This document shows positions 19,377 through 27,154 of a DNA stretch of 27,154 bases, in pieces. The first letter of the stretch is position 1. Each line of letters opens with the position of its first letter. Origin of the DNA: a virus (lineage: Duplodnaviria > Caudoviricetes); the IMG/VR virus record IMGVR_UViG_3300005805_000383, positions 1 to 27,154 of that record. The stretch is one strand, 5' to 3'. The translations under genes and the position numbers were made by a program. Below the pieces are notes generated by a model, which did no database searches, was not told where the DNA came from, and worked only from the letters and a program-made list of their open reading frames with translations.

Positions 19377-20345
19377 ATGCTTGGGTCGCCGTGCTCTGCA
19401 TGTTGTTGCCCGGCCACAGAAGCCATTGAGGCACTGCGCCAGGCAAGCGCACTTACGGTCATGGTCGACTACAGCTTTACTGGCCGCATTAGCAACACGT
19501 TCTATGCGTTTTCGTTTTCTGATGAATACGCCATGACGAAATCTTCCGCTGGCACATGGGCAACGCAAGATTTTACTGTTGCCGGGACAGGTGCCGGAGG
19601 AAGTTCGCAAACACGCACCATGTCGCTGTCAGCTTTGTTGCTTAGTGCGTCTGCGCCAAACACAGGCCAGCCAAGTTCTACGCTGCAGCTATTGCTAAAC
19701 AGAAAAACGTTATTTGGACGCTTTGACGAAAAATTGCCAAACGCTGGCCACATCGGATTTGTTGAGCAAACGTGCGCAAAAAAAATACTGGCAAGCTCCG
19801 CGCCATACGCGGCGTCGGCCGGTCTGTTTAGCGCATCGGCCCCAGCGTATAGAGGGAACGGGACGGCGACATACACGCTAATGCGCGACGGACTGACTGC
19901 ATATAGTGGAACTTCGATTTTTGATTGGGGCGGATTTCCAAGCGGTTCATCGCCAGCAATTCAAACAGCGACTTTTGAGCTAGACGAAAAAAGCGATGTA
20001 AATTTTCTGCAGAACATCTGCGGCGACAATCGAAGCACGGGCCTCATTGGTGAAGCGCCATCAGGTCCGGTATCTGTTCGTTTGTTTTGGATAGGCGGCG
20101 GAACCATGGCGCAGCTTGGGCTTGGAAGCAGCAGCCTGTTTATTCCATTTGAGCATAAAGAAACACTAACCGTGTCTTCTCTGGTTGCGAACATGGATGG
20201 CTATACGCAAAACCTTCTTATGCGTGTCCCGACGCCGTTGTGGAGGCCGACGAACATGGAGGCGCAAGGGCTTGTAGGCGCCGGCGGAGTGTTTGCAGAC
20301 CGTGCATCGTTTAGCACTGTGTCATCTGTATGCCAGCAATCATGA
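19377..20345 (+). CDS. variable tail-tip / possible receptor-binding protein with Cys-rich N-terminus
   Basis: Starts MLGSPCSACCCP; Ser/Thr/Gly-rich; visibly more AT-rich than the flanking genes. Confidence 0.55.
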   Translation: MLGSPCSACCCPATEAIEALRQASALTVMVDYSFTGRISNTFYAFSFSDEYAMTKSSAGTWATQDFTVAGTGAGGSSQTRTMSLSALLLSASAPNTGQPSSTLQLLLNRKTLFGRFDEKLPNAGHIGFVEQTCAKKILASSAPYAASAGLFSASAPAYRGNGTATYTLMRDGLTAYSGTSIFDWGGFPSGSSPAIQTATFELDEKSDVNFLQNICGDNRSTGLIGEAPSGPVSVRLFWIGGGTMAQLGLGSSSLFIPFEHKETLTVSSLVANMDGYTQNLLMRVPTPLWRPTNMEAQGLVGAGGVFADRASFSTVSSVCQQS

Positions 20346-20539
20346 ACGATCTCCAGCAAAAAAATGGTTTTGGCGACATTGTCGCAGACACACTTTCATC
20401 AGTAGGCATTACAAAAGAACGCATGAAAGCACTTCTTGGCGGTGATTGCGGATGCCAAGAACGGCAAGAAAAACTCAATGAATTTGGTCGCAAATGGTTT
20501 GGACTTGGTTCCCTGACCCCCTCCGATCCGGTTGACTGA
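20342..20539 (+). CDS. small CGC-motif protein (GFGDIV…GI…CGCQERQEKLN)
   Basis: ATGA overlap with the previous stop; motif recalled from small phage proteins. Confidence 0.65.
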   Translation: MNDLQQKNGFGDIVADTLSSVGITKERMKALLGGDCGCQERQEKLNEFGRKWFGLGSLTPSDPVD

Positions 20540-20550
20540 TCCGCGACCAT
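20516..20550 (+). promoter_or_regulatory. putative promoter copy 4: ACCCCCT-N22-GACCAT
   Basis: Same spacing as the other copies; the hexamer ends 7 nt before ATG 20558, as in copy 1. Confidence 0.45.
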
Positions 20551-20557
20551 GGCTGGC

Positions 20558-21472
20558 ATGGATCACGCCACGCTCTGCCACCTGTTCCGGTCGGCTCTTG
20601 CGGATCGCCTGGCAGCGCCGCCGCTTCTGCTGCCGCCCATCCGCGAGACCCGCGGCATCGTCACCTGTGCCGGCGGCCCGCTGTATTTTCGTCTCGTCTG
20701 GCACCTGCTGACAGCCCTGCGTGGCCTTGGCTGCCGCCTTCCGGTCGAGGTCTGGACGCTGGGGCGAGCCGAGATGGATGACACCATGCGTGGCCTGCTC
20801 GAGCAGCTGCCCGGCGTCACGGTCATCGCCCTTGACCAATACTGTCAAAGCCACGGCATCCAGCCACGCAAGCCGCTCGGCGGCTGGGAGCTCAAGGCGT
20901 TCGCCATGCGGCACAGCGGCTTCGCCGAGGCACTCTTCCTCGATGCCGACCAGTGCCCGGTCATCGACCCCACTGTGCTGTTCACCGACGTCTCCTACCA
21001 GCGGACCGGCGCGATGCTCTGGCCAGACCTGCCGCCGCAGAATCGCAAGGAGTGGATTCCGGCGGACGCCTGGGCCGCAGTGGGTTTGCCCTATTTGCCT
21101 TGCCGTGCCGTTGAGAGTGGCCAAATCCTCGTCAACCGCCAGCGGCATCTGGTCGCCCTCGATCTCGCGTGGTTCCTCAATGACTGGTCAGACCGCATGT
21201 ATCAGGTCGTCTACGGAGACAAGGACACGTTTCTGCTGGCGTGGTACCTCGCCGACCGCCCCTACGTGATGCCGTCACGCAATGCACGCTGGCACGCCCC
21301 GGCCATCCACCAGCACGACACCGCGGGCAATCTCGTCTTGCAGCACGCTTGTGGTGGCAAGGACGACATCGCCGCCGGGCGGCTCATCCAAGGCATCGTC
21401 AATCGGCGTTTCATCGCCGACGCCGCTGACGACCTAGCCGGCAAGTGGCACGGCAACTTCACCGCAGGCTGA
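20558..21472 (+). CDS. GT71 / MNN2-like alpha-mannosyltransferase (alternative start 20549)
   Basis: RGIVTCAGG, LPVEVW, KAFAM..SGFAEALFLDAD, TGAMLWPD, ESGQILVN and YGDKDTF motifs, typical of Mannosyl_trans3. Confidence 0.8.
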   Translation: MDHATLCHLFRSALADRLAAPPLLLPPIRETRGIVTCAGGPLYFRLVWHLLTALRGLGCRLPVEVWTLGRAEMDDTMRGLLEQLPGVTVIALDQYCQSHGIQPRKPLGGWELKAFAMRHSGFAEALFLDADQCPVIDPTVLFTDVSYQRTGAMLWPDLPPQNRKEWIPADAWAAVGLPYLPCRAVESGQILVNRQRHLVALDLAWFLNDWSDRMYQVVYGDKDTFLLAWYLADRPYVMPSRNARWHAPAIHQHDTAGNLVLQHACGGKDDIAAGRLIQGIVNRRFIADAADDLAGKWHGNFTAG

Positions 21473-21475
21473 CCC

Positions 21476-21754
21476 ATGGCGAAGCGCCGCCGCAGGACGG
21501 TCTACATCGCCGGAGAGCGGTGGAAGGTTCTGTGGGACTGCCGTCTGCGGGACTGCTACGGCCTGTGCGACTACGCCACAAAGACCATCAAGCTGCGGGC
21601 CGGAATGGACCATGCCGACCTCGTTGACACGATCCTGCACGAGTTGATCCACGCCCGCTGGCCGGATCTATCGGAAGAGGCGGTGGTCGACTTCTCCGAG
21701 ACCGTGAGCGGTTTCCCTGACGCCTGTGGTTTGCTGCAGCCCGAGGAGGACTGA
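21476..21754 (+). CDS. small HExxH zinc metallopeptidase-like protein
   Basis: YGLCD…I…TILHELIHA motif. Confidence 0.7.
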   Translation: MAKRRRRTVYIAGERWKVLWDCRLRDCYGLCDYATKTIKLRAGMDHADLVDTILHELIHARWPDLSEEAVVDFSETVSGFPDACGLLQPEED

Positions 21755-21757
21755 CAC

Positions 21758-22006
21758 ATGGCCAAGTCGCCGAGTTTGCTAAATGACGTCAAGGCACGGC
21801 TTCCTACCCGCCGCGGGTTCGCCCCGTGGTACGAACTGCTGCCCAGGGAAACCGCCGCAGAGGTCATCGAGATCAAGCGGCAGTTTCGCACGGGCGAGCT
21901 CGCCACCACCAAGTCGGCGTTGGCCGACAGCCTGTCCAAGGCACTAAAGGCCCGAGGCATCGACATCGGCCACATGGGGGTGCTTCGATGGCTCGAAAGA
22001 CCCTGA
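21758..22006 (+). CDS. hypothetical protein (82 aa, basic, helical)
   Basis: ORF track; tight gene packing. Confidence 0.6.
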   Translation: MAKSPSLLNDVKARLPTRRGFAPWYELLPRETAAEVIEIKRQFRTGELATTKSALADSLSKALKARGIDIGHMGVLRWLERP

Positions 22007-23187
22007 CAGACGAGGTGAAGGCGGCAGCCGCGGTCAACGGCGGCAAAGGACTGACGATCGAGGAGGTGTCGAAGAAAGACACCGCCGACGGAGTTGAGGC
22101 CCGCAGCGTCTCGGCCCGCATCCGCACCGTTGAGGATCTGCTGCGGCACATCGAAGCCGACCTCACCAAGTTTGAGGTGGCCGCCAGCGAGGCGACCAAG
22201 TGGGAGGGGCTGACTGCCGACCGCGAGACAGGCGAGCCGGTGGTAACAGAGTTGCACCGTGTCTTCGTGCGGCTCAAGCCCAAGGGCGGCCCGACCACGC
22301 GAGAGGTGGTCGAGGCGATGATTGCCGGTGCCAAAGGAATCTCCCGGCCTGCGATCAAGAAGCCGAAGGCGACCAAGAGCGACGCCTATGCCGTGCTGGT
22401 CGTGGCCGACACCCACTTCGGCAAGTACGCCTGGAGCGACGGCACGGGGCACGACGACTACGACCTGGCGATTGCAGCCGACCGCGTGGCCGCGTCATCC
22501 GAGCAGCTGCTGGCGACGTGTGCCGCGTACAAGCCCGCCCGCGTGCTTGTGGCCTATCTCGGCGACCTGTTCCACGCCGACACGCCTGCCCTCACGACGA
22601 CCGGCGGCACGCCGCTGGCTGGCAGCACCGACGGCCGCCTGCAAAAGATGATCCAAGTGGGCTGCGACACGCTGCTAGGCATCGTTGAGCGAGCCGCAGG
22701 CATCGCCCCTGTCGATACGCTCGTAGTCAACGGCAACCATGACGAGACCCTGTCGTGGGCATTCCAACGCATCCTGCTCGAGCGGTTCCGCAAGGACGGC
22801 CGCGTGACGCCGTCTGGTGCCTTCACCGGGCGGCAGTACGTGACCTATGGCCGCAACCTGCTGGGCTTCGCCCACGGCCACAAGGCCAAGAAGAAGTTGC
22901 CGCAGGTGATGGCACTGGAGCGGCCAGCCGCCTGGAGCACGTGCCCATATCGGGAGTGGCACACCGGGCACCTGCATCATCAGTCGGCAGAGTGGTCGCG
23001 GCCGATCGAAACGATCGACGGCGTGCTGGTGCGGATCGCACCGTCGCTGTCGCCGCCGGATGACTACCACGCCGTCAACGGCTGGGTCGGTCAGCGTGAG
23101 GCCATGGAGGCGTTTGTCTATGACGCCGCTGGCGGCCTGTCGGCGATGCACGTGGCCGGGCCACGCATGGGGGCGGCGAATGTCTGA
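21988..23187 (+). CDS. calcineurin-like metallophosphoesterase
   Basis: DTHFG, LGDLFH, GNHD, HGH and GHLH motifs; likely start MARKTL at 21988. Confidence 0.85.
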   Translation: MARKTLTDEVKAAAAVNGGKGLTIEEVSKKDTADGVEARSVSARIRTVEDLLRHIEADLTKFEVAASEATKWEGLTADRETGEPVVTELHRVFVRLKPKGGPTTREVVEAMIAGAKGISRPAIKKPKATKSDAYAVLVVADTHFGKYAWSDGTGHDDYDLAIAADRVAASSEQLLATCAAYKPARVLVAYLGDLFHADTPALTTTGGTPLAGSTDGRLQKMIQVGCDTLLGIVERAAGIAPVDTLVVNGNHDETLSWAFQRILLERFRKDGRVTPSGAFTGRQYVTYGRNLLGFAHGHKAKKKLPQVMALERPAAWSTCPYREWHTGHLHHQSAEWSRPIETIDGVLVRIAPSLSPPDDYHAVNGWVGQREAMEAFVYDAAGGLSAMHVAGPRMGAANV

Positions 23188-23836
23188 GCGCTTGACCGAC
23201 CAATACCTTGAAGAGGTCCGGATGCGAAAGAATCGCTTCATGGGCCAATGGTGCGGCACAAGCGGCTCACTGGCTGCGGACTGTCACCGATTACTAGCCG
23301 AGCGAGAAACACTCTTGAAGGAGATTCGAGACATGCAGGACGTCATGGACACGCTACCGAAATCCGCCCACGCCGCCTGCGACGTTGGGCCTGTCGTGAC
23401 GACGTCCACCCAGGACATCCCAGTGGATTGGATTTTGCGCGGCGAGCGTGCGCTAAAAGAAAAGCGTGAGGAGGAGCCGCCGCGTCGCCCGCTTGGTGCT
23501 GGCGTGATGAATGCCGAGCCAGATGTTCCGCCTGGCTGGAAGACCTACTCGCTGAAAGACAACGCAGAGGCGAGATCTCCGGCAGAGCAGATGCTGCTGG
23601 ACGCCGCTGCCGCCGTCCGTGACCGGCGGCAAAAGTACGGCCCTCCTGGCGAGCACTTCGCTATCACGGTCGCACTGATCAACGCCGCTTTCGGCACAAC
23701 GTTCAAGCCGGAAGACTGGGCCACGATCATGCAACTCGACAAGATCGCACGCTCGCGCGGCCCGGCTGATCATCGTGACAACGACATCGACGGGGCTGGC
23801 TACGCCGCCTGTCGTCACGAAGTGCGGGCACCATAG
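23180..23836 (+). CDS. protein with C-terminal DUF6378-like (nucleotide diphosphohydrolase-associated) domain
   Basis: DRRQKYGPP..HF…M..DKIAR…DNDIDGAGYAAC pattern; likely start MSERLTD at 23180. Confidence 0.7.
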   Translation: MSERLTDQYLEEVRMRKNRFMGQWCGTSGSLAADCHRLLAERETLLKEIRDMQDVMDTLPKSAHAACDVGPVVTTSTQDIPVDWILRGERALKEKREEEPPRRPLGAGVMNAEPDVPPGWKTYSLKDNAEARSPAEQMLLDAAAAVRDRRQKYGPPGEHFAITVALINAAFGTTFKPEDWATIMQLDKIARSRGPADHRDNDIDGAGYAACRHEVRAP

Positions 23837-23869
23837 CCCCTCCGATTTGCACCCTCCCCCGGCCACGCT
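23837..23869 (+). promoter_or_regulatory. putative promoter copy 5: CCCCT-N22-CACGCT
   Basis: Shares CCCCTCCGAT with copy 4 and has the same spacing; GGAGG RBS before GTG 23887. Confidence 0.45.
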
Positions 23870-23886
23870 AGACGGCGGAGGCAGAC

Positions 23887-24126
23887 GTGATTGCGTCGGC
23901 GCATTTTCGGCGTGGTGGTGCTGACGGCCGCGAGCCTATCGCGGCTGCCGGCGAGATCACGTCGTTCGCCACCACGTACATGCCGCCCAAGCAGCACTGG
24001 GGCAAGATCACGAGCAAGTCGCCCACCCGTCTCTCTAAAGCCGACCTTGAGCTCGTCGCATTCCGCCTCGGCTGCTCGGTGGCAACCGCCCGCCAAGCCA
24101 TTGAAATGGGGCTGCTGAATGGCTGA
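23887..24126 (+). CDS. hypothetical protein (79 aa)
   Basis: GGAGG RBS; overlaps the next start. Confidence 0.6.
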   Translation: MIASAHFRRGGADGREPIAAAGEITSFATTYMPPKQHWGKITSKSPTRLSKADLELVAFRLGCSVATARQAIEMGLLNG

Positions 24127-24646
24127 CACGCTCACCGACGTGCTGACCGGCCGCGTGCAGACAAGCCTCACGTGGACGCGAACCGACACGCAAGAGGTCG
24201 GCACGATCACGAACCGGAAGACGCAGGCCGGCACCTACAACATCACCGACGGCAATGGCCCCGGCCAGGCCGATCTGGTGTTTGCCGACCAGCGGACGAT
24301 TGCCGCGGGCCAGGTCGAGTCGTTCGACCTGTTGAACCTCACGCAGCAGGCTCTTGACGTCTCGGTGCCGTTTGTCTTCCGGCAGCTGCGGGTCATCCGC
24401 ATCGTCAACGAGTCAACCACGGCCGGGCGACGGTTGCTCGTGGGCGTCGACCCCGGCAGGCCGACGGTCGTCTACGCCGCCGAGGTCGGGCCGGGCTCCG
24501 AGTGGATCGCGGTGAACCAGACCGATGCGTGGGAGGTGACAGCCGACAACTCCGTGGTGCGCATCGCCAACCCCAACGCCGCGAGCGTGACGTACTCGCT
24601 GTACCTGATCGGCACCAGCGTCGCAGCGGCCGGAGGTAGCGGCTGA
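24119..24646 (+). CDS. hypothetical virion-like protein, paralogue A
   Basis: ITDGNGPGQADLVFADQRTIAAG motif shared with the next gene; Thr/Val-rich beta protein. Confidence 0.7.
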   Translation: MADTLTDVLTGRVQTSLTWTRTDTQEVGTITNRKTQAGTYNITDGNGPGQADLVFADQRTIAAGQVESFDLLNLTQQALDVSVPFVFRQLRVIRIVNESTTAGRRLLVGVDPGRPTVVYAAEVGPGSEWIAVNQTDAWEVTADNSVVRIANPNAASVTYSLYLIGTSVAAAGGSG

Positions 24647-25113
24647 TGGCAACCACGTTCTCGCTCGCCGGCTCCCTTCGGCTGACGCCCAAGGTCGTCG
24701 ACACGCTCAACCTCACGGACGTGACAGACACGGCGACCGTCAACAGTGCGATCACGCTGGCCGATGGCACGGGTGCTGACCAAGCCAATCGCTACTGGAA
24801 GGACATTCGCACGGTGGCCGGCGGCGCGACCGTCACGGTCAACCTCGAGGCCCTGCCGCTCAACGTGTTCACGGGCACCGGCACGCTCAATCTCGCCAAG
24901 CAAAAGGTCGTCTACCTGCGGAACGCATCCGCCACCAAGACGCTGACCGTGGCGATGGGAACCAGCCTCACGGCAACGCTCGGACCGGGCGGCGTGCTCT
25001 ACGCCGCGAGGCCCGACGCGACGGCCTGGGCCGAGGATTCGCTCACGATCACCAACACCGCCGGTGCGGCGGCGGACGTCGAAATTCACATCTGCGGAGT
25101 GAAGGCCACATGA
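24646..25113 (+). CDS. hypothetical virion-like protein, paralogue B
   Basis: LADGTGADQANRYWKDIRTVAGG motif; TGATG overlap. Confidence 0.7.
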   Translation: MATTFSLAGSLRLTPKVVDTLNLTDVTDTATVNSAITLADGTGADQANRYWKDIRTVAGGATVTVNLEALPLNVFTGTGTLNLAKQKVVYLRNASATKTLTVAMGTSLTATLGPGGVLYAARPDATAWAEDSLTITNTAGAAADVEIHICGVKAT

Positions 25114-25484
25114 TTTCCAGCGAACCCATGACGGCAGCCAGTGGGCTGTCTGGAGTGAAAGACAAGATCACGGCGTTTGTCGCCGCAGCCAAGGCCAAGG
25201 CCGCCGACGGGCTGACCGTTTCGGAGTTTGGCGAGTTGGCCGTGGCCCTCATGCGGGTCGTCATGGCCGCCGTCGACAGCCTGCCCGAGGAAGGCGACCA
25301 GAAGAAAGCGTGGGTGCTGGACGCGGTCGCCATGCTCTTCGACGCCGTAGCGGATCGCTGCGTGCCGACGCTGGCTTGGCCGATCTGGCTGGTCGTGCGC
25401 GGCTCGGTGCGGTCGCTCGTGCTCATGGCCGCCGCCGGTGCCATCGAATCCATGCTGCCGCTCGTGAGGAGGACGCTACGGTGA
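25110..25484 (+). CDS. helical hydrophobic protein (holin-like candidate)
   Basis: Amphipathic/hydrophobic C-terminal half; ATGA coupling. Confidence 0.55.
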   Translation: MISSEPMTAASGLSGVKDKITAFVAAAKAKAADGLTVSEFGELAVALMRVVMAAVDSLPEEGDQKKAWVLDAVAMLFDAVADRCVPTLAWPIWLVVRGSVRSLVLMAAAGAIESMLPLVRRTLR

Positions 25485-25732
25485 TTTCGTCGCTGCTGGT
25501 TGGGGCCGCGCTGCTGCTCCTGTTTTCTCCGTGGATGCTCAAGCTCGGTGCCGGGATGCTGACCAAGCCGTCTGCCGCCAAGCCGGCTGGGCCGGGCGTG
25601 ACTTATCAACGTGCCATGGCTGACCTCGCCACGGTGCGTCGCCGGCTGGTTGAAACCAAGACGCTGGACGATGCCGCCAAGAAAGCTTTCGACACGCTCA
25701 CGCTGGCCTTGGTGGCCGGGAGCGACCAATGA
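25481..25732 (+). CDS. small membrane-anchored protein
   Basis: AGGAGG RBS and GTG start overlapping the previous stop; N-terminal ISSLLVGAALLLLFSPW helix. Confidence 0.65.
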   Translation: MISSLLVGAALLLLFSPWMLKLGAGMLTKPSAAKPAGPGVTYQRAMADLATVRRRLVETKTLDDAAKKAFDTLTLALVAGSDQ

Positions 25733-26178
25733 AAACCCGCATCGCCATCGGCGTCGTGCTCCTGGTCATCGGCATCCTGGCGGCCATGCCGCGGTCGAAG
25801 CCGCAGCCGACGCCTGCACCGCAGCCCGGCGGATTCAGCCTTCGCGGCCGATTCATCGGACCGACGGCCCCGGCCGACGCCGCCACGCTTTCCGCCCTTT
25901 GTGACGAGCTCGCCGACATCATTGAGCAGGACGGCATGCGCGATGAGCCCCGGCTCCGGTCTGGCCTGGCGTTCGATGAGTTGCGGCACATCGCCCGCGA
26001 GGCCCGCTGCCGCGGCGAAAGCATCGGCCAGCGGCAGCCGCACGCACGCGAGGCCATCGCCGCCTACCTCGAGGAGCAGTTGGGCAAGAGTGGCGGCCCC
26101 GTCGGGCCGCAGCAGCGTGCCAAGTGGGTCTCGGCGTATCGAGAGCTAGGGAGGGCCTGCGGTGACGCTGCGAGGTAA
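25729..26178 (+). CDS. N-terminally membrane-anchored protein with Pro-rich linker
   Basis: MKTRIAIGVVLLVIGILAAM followed by PQPTPAPQP. Confidence 0.7.
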   Translation: MKTRIAIGVVLLVIGILAAMPRSKPQPTPAPQPGGFSLRGRFIGPTAPADAATLSALCDELADIIEQDGMRDEPRLRSGLAFDELRHIAREARCRGESIGQRQPHAREAIAAYLEEQLGKSGGPVGPQQRAKWVSAYRELGRACGDAAR

Positions 26179-27154
26179 GCACCTGCCCGCGTGGCATGTG
26201 ATGCTGGCGGCGGCGCTGCTCTTCGCAGCGGCGATCGTCGGCACGCGGTCATGGCGGACCTACGGCGACTCGCCGATTGGCGAGCGGTTTGGCTGGACGC
26301 CAGACCCGGACGCTGCCCGCATGTTCCTCGACGAACTTGGTGACGAGCGGTACTTCTCGCAGGCCGCTGGCGAGGCCATGGAGAAGGCGGCCGGCGTCGA
26401 CACGTTCCTCTACCGGTCGATGGACAAAGCCCACAAGGCCCGCTACAACGCGCCGTTTGTCGTGGGCCGCCAGGGCATCGGTGACTGCGTCAGCTGGGGC
26501 GCGATGCACGCCGTCTACTGCTCTGAGAGCCTCGACTGGGATCTCGGCAAGACATCGTCGCCGCCATTCCTGCCGGCCACCGAGGCGATCTACGGCGGCT
26601 CGCGCGTGGAGGCCCGCGGCAAGGACGGGTCGGGCTCCTCGCCCGTCGGCGGATGGAGTGACGGCAGCACCGGCTCGGCCGCGGCACGCTGGCTGCGTGA
26701 CTGGGGTGTGGTCTACCGCAAGCAGTACCCCTCGGCCGACCTGACGACCTACGACAAGGACCGTGCGAAGGACTGGGGGGCGTACGGCAACGGCGGCCGC
26801 GGCGACAAAGGCCGGCTTGATGCCGTGGCCAAGAAGACGCCAGCCCGGCACGTGGTCAACGTCCGCTCGTGGGATGAGGTCTGTGCCGCCCTTGAGGCTG
26901 GCTTCCCTGTGACGATCGCCAGCAGCGTTGGCTTCGCCAGTGGCGACCGCGACGCCGATGGCTTCTGCGCCGCTCGCTCGACGTGGATGCACCAGATGTG
27001 CCTGGTCGGCATTCGCTATGCGAAGAACGCACCGAAGGACCATCCCAACCCACGCGACGGTGCCCTCGTGATGAATTCGTGGGGCAAGTACCTCGGCGGC
27101 GGCAAGTGGCCCGCAGACCAGCCCGACGGCACCTTCTGGGCCGAGCGACGTGAC
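26162..27154 (+). CDS. papain-like (C1-type) cysteine protease with N-terminal TM/signal; runs off the window
   Basis: Manual translation from GTG 26162: QGIGDCVSW (Gln/Cys), WMHQM (His), NSWG (Asn). Absent from the ORF track because there is no stop in the window. Confidence 0.8.
   Translation, partial: MTLRGKHLPAWHVMLAAALLFAAAIVGTRSWRTYGDSPIGERFGWTPDPDAARMFLDELGDERYFSQAAGEAMEKAAGVDTFLYRSMDKAHKARYNAPFVVGRQGIGDCVSWGAMHAVYCSESLDWDLGKTSSPPFLPATEAIYGGSRVEARGKDGSGSSPVGGWSDGSTGSAAARWLRDWGVVYRKQYPSADLTTYDKDRAKDWGAYGNGGRGDKGRLDAVAKKTPARHVVNVRSWDEVCAALEAGFPVTIASSVGFASGDRDADGFCAARSTWMHQMCLVGIRYAKNAPKDHPNPRDGALVMNSWGKYLGGGKWPADQPDGTFWAERRD

Overview
A high-GC tailed dsDNA phage or prophage late region, with every credible gene on the + strand; the long minus-strand ORFs are shadows. 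Gene order: a tandem set of short paralogous 'EIxRLRLTxxEREA' genes; gpW-like protein; lambda-type portal; protease-scaffold-major capsid fusion; DUF2190-like decoration; head closure; a 5 kb block of three Thr-rich collagen-like fibres with LamG and RCC1 proteins; a glyco-modification trio (beta-propeller glyco-enzyme, methyltransferase, GT2-TPR); tail completion genes; three tandem tail-tube-like paralogues; a tail chaperone with a -1 slippery site; tape measure; Cys-rich tail-tip genes; a GT71/MNN2-like mannosyltransferase; HExxH, metallophosphoesterase and DUF6378-like genes; two paralogous virion-like genes; membrane proteins; and a truncated papain-like protease. No sheath is seen, so it is siphovirus-like. 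No terminase, integrase, tRNA or CRISPR was seen. Highlights are a candidate virion-fibre glycosylation system, a modular branched fibre architecture, the triplicated tail tube, and a recurrent CCCCT-N22/23-(Y/G)ANNNT promoter-like motif at five module starts. Family calls come from motif recognition by eye; no database search was run. A Planctomycetota-type host is only an impression from recalled gene content.
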